Program-made: the position numbers and the translations under genes
Notes under the pieces: model-generated
Told to the model about the DNA's origin: nothing
What the model saw: only the letters and a program-made list of their open reading frames with translations
Database searches by the model: none
Shown: positions 43,352-53,703 of the stretch, piece by piece
Numbering within the stretch: position 1 is the first letter of the stretch
Layout of the letters: the number at the start of each line of letters is the position of its first letter
IMG/VR virus record: IMGVR_UViG_3300005264_000008
Span: 18,229 to 82,228 of that record
Reading direction: 5' to 3' (one strand)
DNA length: 64,000 nt
Source: a virus

Positions 43352-43924
43352 TTAGGATTGAGTATTATCATAAAATCCATTGCGATTAAGATATTGTTTC
43401 ATCTTACTAAATGAATACTTATTATAATCTGTATAATGTACAAAAACTGGATTACGACCTTTAACCCATTTGGTGAATTTCGGTAATGATTCAACTATAC
43501 CATCAACATCTTCTTTATAAGTGTACATACCTATAATTTTATCCCTTTGATTATGAATCATAATTTCTTCATATCCATTTGAAAACGTGTGTTCTGCAAA
43601 TCCTTCATTTAATTTCTTATTATTCATATATTTTTTAAAAAATGATTTTAATTCACCGATACTACCAGTGTTATTTTTTATATCATCTATATAATTAAAC
43701 TCATAATCAAAATCTAGCTGGTCACATAATTTCTTATATTCACCGAGCACATACTGATATGCTTTAGATGTATTTGATACGTTTGTTTTTGTGTTTGTTT
43801 TTGTTTGTATATATTTAGCTAAATCCACTATATTTAATTCAATGGATTCGTCCAAATGTACATTTATTTTTTTTCTAACAACTGTTTCAATTATGTTAGT
43901 TAATTCTTGTTTTGTTATTTTCAT
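43352..43924 (-). CDS. leader-family protein
   Basis: MKITKQELTNIIETVV...LDE; internal KLNE. Confidence 0.65.
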   Translation of the reverse strand: MKITKQELTNIIETVVRKKINVHLDESIELNIVDLAKYIQTKTNTKTNVSNTSKAYQYVLGEYKKLCDQLDFDYEFNYIDDIKNNTGSIGELKSFFKKYMNNKKLNEGFAEHTFSNGYEEIMIHNQRDKIIGMYTYKEDVDGIVESLPKFTKWVKGRNPVFVHYTDYNKYSFSKMKQYLNRNGFYDNTQS

Positions 43925-43952
43925 ATTTTTGTTTTTAATATTTTTAGTTTTA

Positions 43953-44768
43953 TTATTCCATAATTTTTATAAATTCATCTAATATTTTTTTATATTTTGA
44001 TTTATATTTATTATACCAATGTGATATAGCAAATAATTCTGCAAATTGTTCTCCTTTCCACGAATTAGGTGTTTTTGAATATGGAGTTGTATACCATTCA
44101 TCTGTATAAAAATCAGTTGGTAATTTATTATATTTTTCAAACCGATGTCCAAGTTCATGTAAAATTATATATGATATTGAAGCATATTCATCATTAAATG
44201 CTTTTATTTTATCAGGGCGAATCAATATAATATCTTGTTCTGATTTATATGTTGCGGTTGCTTTTGTTTTAGCTTTTTTTACAAAATATATTTTCAATGA
44301 TGGTTTTAAAATTTTTTTATGAAATCCTTTTAATGATGAAAGAAATTTATCAATTTCATTACTTAATAATCTAAATCGTTTTTCACTTATAATAGATTCA
44401 TTTATATATGTACCATTATTTAATTTTAATATTCTAAATTTATTTACATTTGAAAATTTTTTATTTATTGTATCTATATCTGATATTTTATACCAACTGA
44501 ACATTGCATCAATATATCTCATTGCATCTGGATTTGCTTCTACATCATTATTATAATATTTGGTAATATCTTTAAGTCTACTATCCAATGCATTTAAGTC
44601 TGTATGAAATTTTTTCATTCCCTTTGGTGCACGTCCTTTATAATCTAATGTTTTAAGCCAATTGCGTAATAAAGTAATATATTCATTAGTATTTTGTACA
44701 TTTAATATATTATTTGATGTATATTTATCAATAGTTTCAGATATTATTTGATATAAATTTCCTTTCAT
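43953..44768 (-). CDS. leader-family protein with zincin-like metallopeptidase domain
   Basis: NLYQIISETIDKY leader; ILHELGH and downstream EQFAELF. Confidence 0.65.
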   Translation of the reverse strand: MKGNLYQIISETIDKYTSNNILNVQNTNEYITLLRNWLKTLDYKGRAPKGMKKFHTDLNALDSRLKDITKYYNNDVEANPDAMRYIDAMFSWYKISDIDTINKKFSNVNKFRILKLNNGTYINESIISEKRFRLLSNEIDKFLSSLKGFHKKILKPSLKIYFVKKAKTKATATYKSEQDIILIRPDKIKAFNDEYASISYIILHELGHRFEKYNKLPTDFYTDEWYTTPYSKTPNSWKGEQFAELFAISHWYNKYKSKYKKILDEFIKIME

Positions 44769-44769
44769 A

Positions 44770-45633
44770 TTATTTCTTTAATTTTCGCTTGATACTATAT
44801 CTATTATCACTTATTTTTATCCATGTACCTTTAATTGGGCTATCTCCACTTGGTTTCCATTTGAAATGTAGTATTCTATCAACAATACTATCTTGTTTTT
44901 CAGCATTTTGTTTATATGTCGAAATCGCATTATCTAACCTTTCGGTATATGCGAAAATAACTTCTTCACCAACACCTCTGCCTTCCGTTTCTTCACGATA
45001 CCTATCTCTTACAATACACAATTCAGGGTCAATTTCTAAATAAATTATAGTGTTATTATAATCATTATCATGTAATTTTTGTAAACGTGCCAGTAAAGTA
45101 TCAGGACTAGCACCAACTGTATCAATTACTAGTATATTACCTGCTTTTTTAATTTTGGTATTAAACAATTGTTTATCAATTTCTTTTGCCAAAGAACGAA
45201 TATCAAAATATGTTGCATAATATGGTTTATAAAAATCCATCCAAAATTTTTTAAATCCATTATTTTTATTTTCATTCCACCAATCAAGTGTGATTGGATG
45301 TATTATTTGGGTTTTTCTATTACTAACATAAGATGATTTAGATTTAAATACTGATATTACTTTTTGTAAATTTTTTTTCGTATTATGTAAATTTGATGAT
45401 AGTGTTTTGTAATGATTTTGTGCAGTAATATACTGTAATGCTTTTACTTGACTATCACTGTTAGATACTTTATAACCTTTAAATCCGTGAATGTATTTGT
45501 TTATTTCTTTATTTATAAATGTACTTTTTCCAGAAGCAGGTAATCCAGTTATAACAACTGTACGTTTCCCTAAGTCTTCTAAGAATTCAGTAACTAGTTG
45601 TTCTATTAATATTTTTAAATTTGTTTGTTTCAT
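44770..45633 (-). CDS. P-loop kinase (zeta-toxin/AAA_33-like) with leader
   Basis: ITGLPASGKS, SNSD, LVIDTVG, lid R..R....R. Confidence 0.7.
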   Translation of the reverse strand: MKQTNLKILIEQLVTEFLEDLGKRTVVITGLPASGKSTFINKEINKYIHGFKGYKVSNSDSQVKALQYITAQNHYKTLSSNLHNTKKNLQKVISVFKSKSSYVSNRKTQIIHPITLDWWNENKNNGFKKFWMDFYKPYYATYFDIRSLAKEIDKQLFNTKIKKAGNILVIDTVGASPDTLLARLQKLHDNDYNNTIIYLEIDPELCIVRDRYREETEGRGVGEEVIFAYTERLDNAISTYKQNAEKQDSIVDRILHFKWKPSGDSPIKGTWIKISDNRYSIKRKLKK

Positions 45634-45657
45634 GTTATTATTATTGTTATTATTATT

Positions 45658-46308
45658 TTAATCTAAACTATATTCACGCTTTTTGGTAGTATCAAATGGT
45701 TTAGCCAAAAAAACATTCAGTTTTAAATTGCTGTTTGTTATGGTCTCATAACGTCTACCTATACACAATTCATTATCATCTATAATATATGATTGATTAG
45801 ATGCTAATTCAAATACATGATAATTTAGAGTAGACTTATTATATATAATAATTTTACTTATTTTTGACACTGGGTGTGTTAAGTTTTTCTCATGTACATT
45901 AAATGTTTTATTTTTTTTATCATATGTTAATCTTTTATTAGTTATACTAATAAATTCCGATGTATACATTTTAAATTGTCGTTTAATAAAATCCAAATCA
46001 AACTCATTAGTTGTAGTTCTATGAATAACCCTATCAATATCCAATACTTTGGATGTGAATATTTTTGATATGTTTTTATTTGATAATAAGTCTTCCATGA
46101 CATAGTTATATAATATATTATTAAATTCGTTATCATGTAATATTAGTAATGCCTTATTTTTACCGACCATATTTTGCAATGCGATGAAAACTCTATCAAT
46201 TATTTTTGTAATTGTCTTATCAATTGACATTTTCTTATAAATTGGTAATGTCTTATATTTAATATTTTCATCCAAACGTAGTTGTATTATTGTAGTATTA
46301 GTTTGCAT
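45658..46308 (-). CDS. hypothetical protein
   Basis: 216-aa ORF downstream of a TATTTATA motif. Confidence 0.55.
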   Translation of the reverse strand: MQTNTTIIQLRLDENIKYKTLPIYKKMSIDKTITKIIDRVFIALQNMVGKNKALLILHDNEFNNILYNYVMEDLLSNKNISKIFTSKVLDIDRVIHRTTTNEFDLDFIKRQFKMYTSEFISITNKRLTYDKKNKTFNVHEKNLTHPVSKISKIIIYNKSTLNYHVFELASNQSYIIDDNELCIGRRYETITNSNLKLNVFLAKPFDTTKKREYSLD

Positions 46309-46338
46309 TTGATTATTTTTATATAAATAGTAAAAAGA

Positions 46339-47955
46339 TTATATCCAATCACGTAAATCTGTTTCTTCGCCACCCATATCATGTATATATGGGTTTTTTT
46401 GTCCATCTGCTTGATATACCGTATCTAATGTATATTTGTTTTGTAAATTAGTTCGATTCATTGCATTCAATGTTTGTCGTGTAATATCCATGCCTTTGTT
46501 TCTTAATAATAATGCTGTATCTCTGACAAATAAACCTGTTGCTATACTCATGACTAAATCATCATTATAGCCACTTTGTGCTTGTGGTTTACCATTTAAC
46601 CATAAGAACATAAACAATTCATTTACAAGACGTTTTGAGTGAATTATTAATTCATCATCTTTAAAATATATATCTAATTTACTTAATACTAATGGTCTTG
46701 TTTTCACTGACATTGTGAATCCTGGTTTCATTTTACTTTTATCAACTAAATCATAATTTTGTTCAAAATAAGTATCTGGGTCAATTGCACCAAACTCTTT
46801 ATATGAATAATATAATTTTTTATATCCCAAATCAATAACTTGCTGTATAACAGCCCAACCGATACTATTATTTTCAATTACTAATACTGCATTATTATAT
46901 TCAGTTGCAATTGCAACTAAAATATTAGCATACTCCTTCGTGCCAATTTTCCCCTTAAACTCCGCAACTTGTTCATTTGATACCATATCTATAACATGGA
47001 ATGCACTATAATCAGACCCATCTCCACGAGCAACATCGGCAGTTAATATATAATCTACTGTATAATCGGGGTGTTTCCATATCCATAATTCTTTACCATA
47101 ACCACGCTTTTCAATTGGGTCAATTGTTTTAAGTTTTGAAAGAATCTCAGTATCAATAAATGTATTACCTGATGCAACAAAATCACATCCATATTCTTGC
47201 CCGAATTGTCTATAACCCAATTTTTGTATAAACTCTTTTGCAAAATCTTCTCCACGGTCAGGATGTAATGACCAATGTAATTTAATATGATTAAATCCAT
47301 TCTCTCCGTTTTCAGCACCGAGCCATATTTTATGAAATAGATTTCCCATTCCATTTGGAGTTGATAGCATGATTGCACTACCTCCTGTCGATAATGTTGG
47401 TGATATTGCTGTCCATAATTTATCGATTTTCGGAATGAATGCCATTTCATCAATTATAAGTAAACTTAAACTTTCAGAACGACCTGCTTCATCGGTCATT
47501 GGTGATGATTTTACTTTTGAACCTGTCGTGAAAGACATTTCAGTTGTATTCGCTCTTACTAATGGATATATATCTTTTAACCATTGAGGTAAATTATCAT
47601 ACATTGTTCGTATCTTTGATAATAGATTTTGTGCAACATCTAATTTTATAGCTACAATTAAAACATTTTTGTCTCGGTGAAACATAATAAGCCATAATAC
47701 ATACCCAGCTATTAATGTAGATATTCCCATCTGACGTGCTTTTAATATTATATTAAATTTATTTTCTGGTTGTGATATATCAGTTAATACATCTTCTTGA
47801 AAGTCATATAAATTGAATTTTATTCGTCCTTGTTTGGGGTGTTGTATATAACAATATTCTTTCATAAAATACACTGGACTGTTTATCATTTTGATTAGTC
47901 TTATTTTAATTATATCATGTGTATTTAATTGAGAAACCTTTTGAATATTAGACAT
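46339..47955 (-). CDS. terL: terminase large subunit (gp17-like)
   Basis: LYDFQ, KARQMGIST, LLIIDE, LSTPNG, nuclease ADVARGDGSDYS, DDLVM. Confidence 0.95.
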   Translation of the reverse strand: MSNIQKVSQLNTHDIIKIRLIKMINSPVYFMKEYCYIQHPKQGRIKFNLYDFQEDVLTDISQPENKFNIILKARQMGISTLIAGYVLWLIMFHRDKNVLIVAIKLDVAQNLLSKIRTMYDNLPQWLKDIYPLVRANTTEMSFTTGSKVKSSPMTDEAGRSESLSLLIIDEMAFIPKIDKLWTAISPTLSTGGSAIMLSTPNGMGNLFHKIWLGAENGENGFNHIKLHWSLHPDRGEDFAKEFIQKLGYRQFGQEYGCDFVASGNTFIDTEILSKLKTIDPIEKRGYGKELWIWKHPDYTVDYILTADVARGDGSDYSAFHVIDMVSNEQVAEFKGKIGTKEYANILVAIATEYNNAVLVIENNSIGWAVIQQVIDLGYKKLYYSYKEFGAIDPDTYFEQNYDLVDKSKMKPGFTMSVKTRPLVLSKLDIYFKDDELIIHSKRLVNELFMFLWLNGKPQAQSGYNDDLVMSIATGLFVRDTALLLRNKGMDITRQTLNAMNRTNLQNKYTLDTVYQADGQKNPYIHDMGGEETDLRDWI

Positions 47956-48062
47956 TATTATTTATTTATAAATATGTCATATTAAAAAAAAAATTCGTTT
48001 ATTTATAAAAACACATAAATTAAATGGGAAGTTAATTTTCAGAACATTAAAAAGATACAATT

Positions 48063-48302
48063 ATGGAATTTCTAAAATATTTACTCGAATCACATAAGTT
48101 TTTTTGTAGACAATCACAGCATTATGTAATGGGAAATTGGGCAGAATCTGAAAAAAAATATTTTTGGTATAATACCAAAGAAAAACAAAAAAGATATATT
48201 TTTTATAAAACTTTTTTCATAGTTGCATATATTAGATTCATGAGAATGTCAATTATCGATGCAATGCGTATAATTAACACAACCAAAAATATGTCAGATT
48301 GA
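48063..48302 (+). CDS. hypothetical protein
   Basis: 79-aa ORF in a cassette-rich region. Confidence 0.45.
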   Translation: MEFLKYLLESHKFFCRQSQHYVMGNWAESEKKYFWYNTKEKQKRYIFYKTFFIVAYIRFMRMSIIDAMRIINTTKNMSD

Positions 48303-48519
48303 GAATTATGTATTAATTCATCTAAACTTTCACATTTAAAAGAAGATTATAATTTCAATTCAGACAAGAAATACGTTGTGATTATCGATTGCACATGACA
48401 TGTATATATTGGAATTGGATTTGTGTGGCATGAAAAATATAATTATCAATACAATATTATACACTCTTTTATTTTTAGTGTCGTAAATTATTTTATATTA
48501 ACCTTAAATTCATCGAATT

Positions 48520-49014
48520 ATGACAAACAAAGAACAAAATACGATTGATGATTTATATGCATTAGTTTTAAAATTAAGAAATGAGAATAATGATTTTAAA
48601 ACTAAAATGAATCAAAGAATAGAAAAAACTGAAACGATTGTCAATAAAAAACATATTCCGTTATCATTGGAAGAAAGTATTATGAATACGGCTAAAAACT
48701 CAATGGCAGATGCTATAAAATCTACTTTCACAGGGTATTCAAATCCGCTTATAGAATATGCAAAAGAAATTACCGAAAAGCATCACCATAGTATAAAAGC
48801 AACGTTTGAAAAAATTGTTTCAGAAGGTATTGTTTCTGTTGATTTTGAAAATGCGTGTAAAGAACAGTTTTTAAGAAAAATTGCAAAAACGGTAATTTCT
48901 GGAATTGATGGGTCGGTGGATAAAGTTGTTAATCAAATGAAACAAGACAGTGTTTTCCGTTCAAAATTAACTCTTATGGTTAATAATTTAATAGAAGAGT
49001 ATTTGTCGATGTAG
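48520..49014 (+). CDS. hypothetical protein (cassette cargo)
   Basis: Followed by GTACAAC-GAATACGTGTTTG, the same attC start as at 11521. Confidence 0.65.
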   Translation: MTNKEQNTIDDLYALVLKLRNENNDFKTKMNQRIEKTETIVNKKHIPLSLEESIMNTAKNSMADAIKSTFTGYSNPLIEYAKEITEKHHHSIKATFEKIVSEGIVSVDFENACKEQFLRKIAKTVISGIDGSVDKVVNQMKQDSVFRSKLTLMVNNLIEEYLSM

Positions 49015-49180
49015 CATTGTACAACGAATACGTGTTTGAATACATTTTTTTAACCGATATCAGTTGATAATTAGTAAAAAAGTCAATTAAAATTATTATA
49101 AACCATCTGTGAATTGTTACGCATGGTATGTATGGGAAAAAAGATATACTGGCGACACTATTGTTCGCTGGTTTAATTAA

Positions 49181-49266
49181 CCATAACGTTGAGTAGTGGC
49201 GACTAAACGCAAAGATAGATAATGGTACTAACGATGCCGAGCCATTATTTATATACAGTGTTAGGC
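49181..49266 (+). mobile_element. attC-like site
   Basis: CCATAAC...AGTAGTGGC/GCCATTATT...GTTAGGC. Confidence 0.65.
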
Positions 49267-49285
49267 ATCTTTAAATTTTTACAGA

Positions 49286-49495
49286 ATGGAAGCACTAAAT
49301 GAGTTAAACAAAGAAACAAGCACAGAAGTCTGGAATAAAGCACCTTTAATTATACACCAAAGATTCTGTTACGAACTTGTTTCTATTGCGAAAAAGCATG
49401 AGAAACAGAAAATGGACGAAGTGCATGAGTTTATGGATATGTTGAAAGCTATTGAAATACTTGAGAAATTGTACCCTGAACTTAGTAAAAAATAA
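49286..49495 (+). CDS. hypothetical protein (cassette cargo)
   Basis: Flanked by GTTAGGCA (49260) and TGCCTAAC (49499). Confidence 0.65.
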   Translation: MEALNELNKETSTEVWNKAPLIIHQRFCYELVSIAKKHEKQKMDEVHEFMDMLKAIEILEKLYPELSKK

Positions 49496-49499
49496 TTGT

Positions 49500-49567
49500 G
49501 CCTAACAAAAATGTATTAAATTATGTTTTCGTTTTCCACAAAAATTAATATTAATACAATGTTATGA
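49500..49567 (+). mobile_element. attC-like site
   Basis: GCCTAAC-aaaaa-TGTATTAA ... TTAATACA-at-GTTATGA. Confidence 0.8.
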
Positions 49568-49612
49568 ATTTCCATTTCATTGCATTAATTGTAAATCTTA
49601 AAATATATTATT

Positions 49613-49822
49613 ATGAAACTACATGAAAAAAAACACTATATCGAAAAAGGTATAATATTTACACACCTTTGGGTCGATGGATTTGGATGGGAAAATACAA
49701 TCTATGGAGTCGAAGATTTTATTAAATGTAATTGTATTGGCACTAATGGTAACGACAAAATATATCATTGTGTAAATGATAGAAATATACCAGTAATAAT
49801 AAAAGGCTATTTTGTAGATTAA
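49613..49822 (+). CDS. hypothetical protein (cassette cargo)
   Basis: Stop codon inside TTAAC, followed by a partial end element. Confidence 0.6.
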   Translation: MKLHEKKHYIEKGIIFTHLWVDGFGWENTIYGVEDFIKCNCIGTNGNDKIYHCVNDRNIPVIIKGYFVD

Positions 49823-49899
49823 CATTTTATAAGATGTTGAAAATGTATGTAATATTTAATTTATTTAATTTATATAATAATAACAAAAAATAATAAAAA

Positions 49900-50223
49900 A
49901 TGGAATACAAACCAATCGACAACAAAGTTGTATTAAAACAACTAAAAAAACAAAAAAAGGCATCAGGAATAATTGTACCAGACTTAGGTCAAAATAAAAC
50001 AATTGAAGTAGAAGTTCTATCAATCGGACCAGGTTTGCCGATGTTTAATAATACATCTGAGCTACTGACTTCAAATAAAGTACAAAAACGATATCCAATG
50101 CAAATAAAAGTAGGTGATATTGTTGTAATACCTAAATATGGATTACATGAGTATGATGAAAATGGTAAAAAGTATTTTATCGGTAAAGAAAGTGATATAT
50201 TATTTATAAAAACAGAAGTATAA
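49900..50223 (+). CDS. groES: co-chaperonin GroES
   Basis: KPIDNKVV, ASGIIVPD, VLSIGPG, KVGD.V...KY, ESDIL. Confidence 0.9.
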   Translation: MEYKPIDNKVVLKQLKKQKKASGIIVPDLGQNKTIEVEVLSIGPGLPMFNNTSELLTSNKVQKRYPMQIKVGDIVVIPKYGLHEYDENGKKYFIGKESDILFIKTEV

Positions 50224-50615
50224 ATAATTTATTGTCTATAACGGAGCGATAACTAAAATGTTAATGTCTTGATTGTTTTAAATAATATGTTATACACTTT
50301 ATTTTCAATCATATAGTAATAACAAATAAATTAAATTAACACGCTCATTTTAACGGATATGCAGAGTTGCACATAAAACGAATATGTATATGAGTCTGTT
50401 TTAATGGCTTATATACATTATTGTAAGTAATTAGATTAACAAAACATCATGGAAATATTATTGATTTATCGGTTACTTCTGGGATGTTTTGGTATTTTCA
50501 TCAAAATTGATTACAATAAATATTAGGTGTATTTTTTTTCATTCTCACAATCAAGTACTTAGTATTTTTTTTTCATTTTATTGTAAATTTATTTGTTTAT
50601 GTGAATTATATATTT

Positions 50616-50631
50616 TATATTTGCACTATAA
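50616..50631 (+). promoter_or_regulatory. Bacteroidota-type promoter element
   Basis: TATATTTGCACTATAA, same core as the 27083 and 56452 copies. Confidence 0.65.
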
Positions 50632-50648
50632 CTAATAAAAAAAATATC

Positions 50649-51248
50649 ATGAAAAAAATAAGCTATAATGATGGACAAGGAAGTAGAGACCGTAAAGTAA
50701 TGCTAGTATTATTTATACCAAGTATAAATAAATTAGTAAAATTTAATTCAGAAGATATAGATGGTTTATGTATAATCACGAATGAAGATTATACTAAAAA
50801 TGGGAAATGGTCTAATTCAACATACGAATTGGCAATTCCCAATGAGGTTCTTCATTGTGAAATCCGACAAGACTGGGAAAATGGGTATTATATCCCCGAA
50901 GGCAATTGGGAAGATGCTTTTAATAATTTTGTCTTAAAGACAGAATTTAAAACACTGTCATTTGAAGAATTTGTTTCATTTGTCACAGTACAATATCCAA
51001 TTACATCTGAACGTTTGAATGAAACGCAAAAAAAGCTATCAAGATTAGATAATTCGGATTATTCGTTTTTAACAATTCAAAACGAATATGATAATGTAGT
51101 AAATGAACTGAAAAATGCTATTCAAGATGCAGAAATTAAACTTGAAATGGAGCGTCTTCAAGTAAAAACAGAAAAATTGAAAACTAAACTAAAAGAAAAA
51201 GGAAAAATGAGCTTAGAAGAACTAAGTGAATTATATAAAAAATTATAA
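50649..51248 (+). CDS. hypothetical protein
   Basis: ATG downstream of the promoter motif; C-terminal coiled coil. Confidence 0.6.
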   Translation: MKKISYNDGQGSRDRKVMLVLFIPSINKLVKFNSEDIDGLCIITNEDYTKNGKWSNSTYELAIPNEVLHCEIRQDWENGYYIPEGNWEDAFNNFVLKTEFKTLSFEEFVSFVTVQYPITSERLNETQKKLSRLDNSDYSFLTIQNEYDNVVNELKNAIQDAEIKLEMERLQVKTEKLKTKLKEKGKMSLEELSELYKKL

Positions 51249-51258
51249 ATAATAATAT

Positions 51259-51290
51259 TAAAAAAGACATCAAATTGGTGTCTTTTTTTT
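51259..51290. terminator. bidirectional terminator
   Basis: AAAAAGACATCAA..TTGGTGTCTTTTT. Confidence 0.65.
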
Positions 51291-52920
51291 ATTCACTAGT
51301 ACCCCTGAAATGTTTTTTTGTACTAGATGGGCTATAATTATCAATTACATCAAACCCTAAACTTATATTAACAACCATTGGAATTTCCTTTATAATATCC
51401 CACGGATACTCATCATCAATTGTATATGATAGTGATGTCATTATAACTGGTAGACCTTCACTTACATTATTTGCAAACCACATACCAATTTTTAATGATA
51501 TAATCTGACCTGACATTTGACCTGAATCACTTATCTTTGGACTTTGAAGTTGTACTAGTTTATCTAATTTAGTATACACTGTTTCTATTTCATGGACACT
51601 AAATAATGGCACTAATAAATTAAATGATAATGCTCGTTTTGTTCCTTCATACGTATAAACATCATCAGGCCGACCAATGTACTTAGTAGGTGACCAAGAT
51701 GGGCTAAATGTATCAGAAAGTCCACTTATAAATGCTCTAAACTGAATACCTGCTATTTTGAGATGTATTAAATCATTACTATTATTACTTCCCATGTTTA
51801 TTTCATCTGTTCCACTTACATGTGTCCCTTCATTTGGGTATGAATTATCTGCAGTTCCTAAACGTTTTGACATATTCCAATTCTGATAATAACTATTATT
51901 ATCATTGAAATTAAATTTGTCTTTATATCCAGTAATATCTTTAAAATAATCTTTTGTTTTACTGTTTAATTCAGTATCAAAATTATTATATTTTTTTGAA
52001 TATGGGCTGTTATCAGTTTGAAATTCTTTGTATGATTGATATGTATTGTAATTATCTAATAAGTCAATTGACATTCCATTATAACCAGTTGCAAATCCTG
52101 GTTGTAATCTTTTTCCATATAGTTCATTTTGTAATTTTGTCAATCCACTTGAATTATTTGTTTTATCAATTGTATTATTATATGGATTATTTGGATTGTA
52201 ACTACTATTTAATGTAATTGGTATTCCACTTACAGATTTTCGTATAACAGTACTACCGATTCCATAAAATGAATTAGGACCACCCACACCTGTTAATTCG
52301 GTGTTAATAGTTTCTTCGAATCGTTCATTTATATTTTTCAATGTTTTTATTAACTTACTATTTTGCATATCATCTGTTAATAAACTAAGAATCCTTTCAA
52401 ATGATGATGATTGTAGTGTGTTTTCGTCATTTGTTAAACCAAAATTATTTAACATTTTAATAAGTCGGTTTCCTGTCTTATATGTCTCAGTTGTATTTAG
52501 TTTGTTATAGAATTTTTCATATTCTACTTCATGGTGCATTGACCCATAATTATCGATATGAAATCCTCCTTGTGGTATATTCATTGAAAATTTAATTGGG
52601 TTGAATATGTTAATTGGGTCTATTCCATCATAACCTCGTTTTGGGTTCATTAAATGTAACCCTTCTTGTTTTAATATCCATAGATTACCTTTTGGGCTGG
52701 ATAAAAAATCAGTAATTCGTTTCGTGTCATCTAATGCATGCTTCATATAATCTCTACCACCATATATAAAATCAATATTATTATAATGTGAATAATTACT
52801 AGAATCAATCTCAGTTGGAATGTTTTGTTTTAATATATTATTAGTAATTATATTAGGGCTTTGTGTATTTTTATCTGATACTGTGAAAAATGCTTCTAAA
52901 TTTGTATTGATATTTAACAT
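51289..52920 (-). CDS. baseplate/tail-tube initiator-like structural protein
   Basis: C-terminal QFRAFI.GLSD.F...W....YIGR...Y.Y....R..SF tube-like domain. Confidence 0.6.
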   Translation of the reverse strand: MLNINTNLEAFFTVSDKNTQSPNIITNNILKQNIPTEIDSSNYSHYNNIDFIYGGRDYMKHALDDTKRITDFLSSPKGNLWILKQEGLHLMNPKRGYDGIDPINIFNPIKFSMNIPQGGFHIDNYGSMHHEVEYEKFYNKLNTTETYKTGNRLIKMLNNFGLTNDENTLQSSSFERILSLLTDDMQNSKLIKTLKNINERFEETINTELTGVGGPNSFYGIGSTVIRKSVSGIPITLNSSYNPNNPYNNTIDKTNNSSGLTKLQNELYGKRLQPGFATGYNGMSIDLLDNYNTYQSYKEFQTDNSPYSKKYNNFDTELNSKTKDYFKDITGYKDKFNFNDNNSYYQNWNMSKRLGTADNSYPNEGTHVSGTDEINMGSNNSNDLIHLKIAGIQFRAFISGLSDTFSPSWSPTKYIGRPDDVYTYEGTKRALSFNLLVPLFSVHEIETVYTKLDKLVQLQSPKISDSGQMSGQIISLKIGMWFANNVSEGLPVIMTSLSYTIDDEYPWDIIKEIPMVVNISLGFDVIDNYSPSSTKKHFRGTSE

Positions 52921-52984
52921 ATACTATTGTTTTAAATAAATAGTTTATAATAACAATAAGACAACAAATTAATACTTCCATTAT

Positions 52985-53053
52985 AAATATTACATACATT
53001 TTTAACATCTTATAATTTAATTATTATATAAAAGATACACCAAGCGTTTTGTT
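52985..53053 (-). repeat. conserved cassette-array end element, copy 2
   Basis: Reverse complement of 11844-11911 with about 2 substitutions. Confidence 0.85.
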
Positions 53054-53074
53054 AAGGTTAATAAAAACCAGCGA

Positions 53075-53653
53075 CTAACTTTCGGATATAAATTCTAATA
53101 CTAATCCATTTATAGTTGGTATTATTTCTTTTGAGATTTGCTTTAAAAACATCTCTCTTTTTTTATGCGAAATATCTGTAATTTGGATATAATCATCAAT
53201 AATAACACAACTAAAATTCTGACTTAAAACTTTAATAGCATCTTTTAATATTTTAGTTTTACCAAAATCACCAATTTTATTAGGATTGTAACCTTTAATT
53301 AGACGTGCTATTCTTGCAGTTGTTATTTGAATTTCGTCATCAGGATAGTCATCTTTATAATCATCATCAATGTTAATCCCAATTGTTCTACCTTGTGTTT
53401 TTCGCAAAACTAAACGACTTTCACAATGTAATGATTGTCCATTTTCTTTGCCCCAATTAATAAAATAGAAAATTTCCGTTAATTCTTTTTCAGAATACGG
53501 TTTCTCTATTATTTTCAAATAATCTTTACTCTTCTTATACATGCCAATATCAGTAGAGCAATATTCTTCGTGGTCTTTGAAAATTGCAGTTACCTTTCCT
53601 TTTATTTTTGGAAAATTAATATCGGATACTAAATCATTTATTTTAAATTTCAT
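53075..53653 (-). CDS. hypothetical protein (cassette cargo)
   Basis: Minus strand: GTTAAAGTT upstream and AACCTTAAC downstream. Confidence 0.65.
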   Translation of the reverse strand: MKFKINDLVSDINFPKIKGKVTAIFKDHEEYCSTDIGMYKKSKDYLKIIEKPYSEKELTEIFYFINWGKENGQSLHCESRLVLRKTQGRTIGINIDDDYKDDYPDDEIQITTARIARLIKGYNPNKIGDFGKTKILKDAIKVLSQNFSCVIIDDYIQITDISHKKREMFLKQISKEIIPTINGLVLEFISES

Positions 53654-53703
53654 AATTAATATATTTATTAGATTATTTACTTGTAAATGAAAATATTAAA
53701 AAA

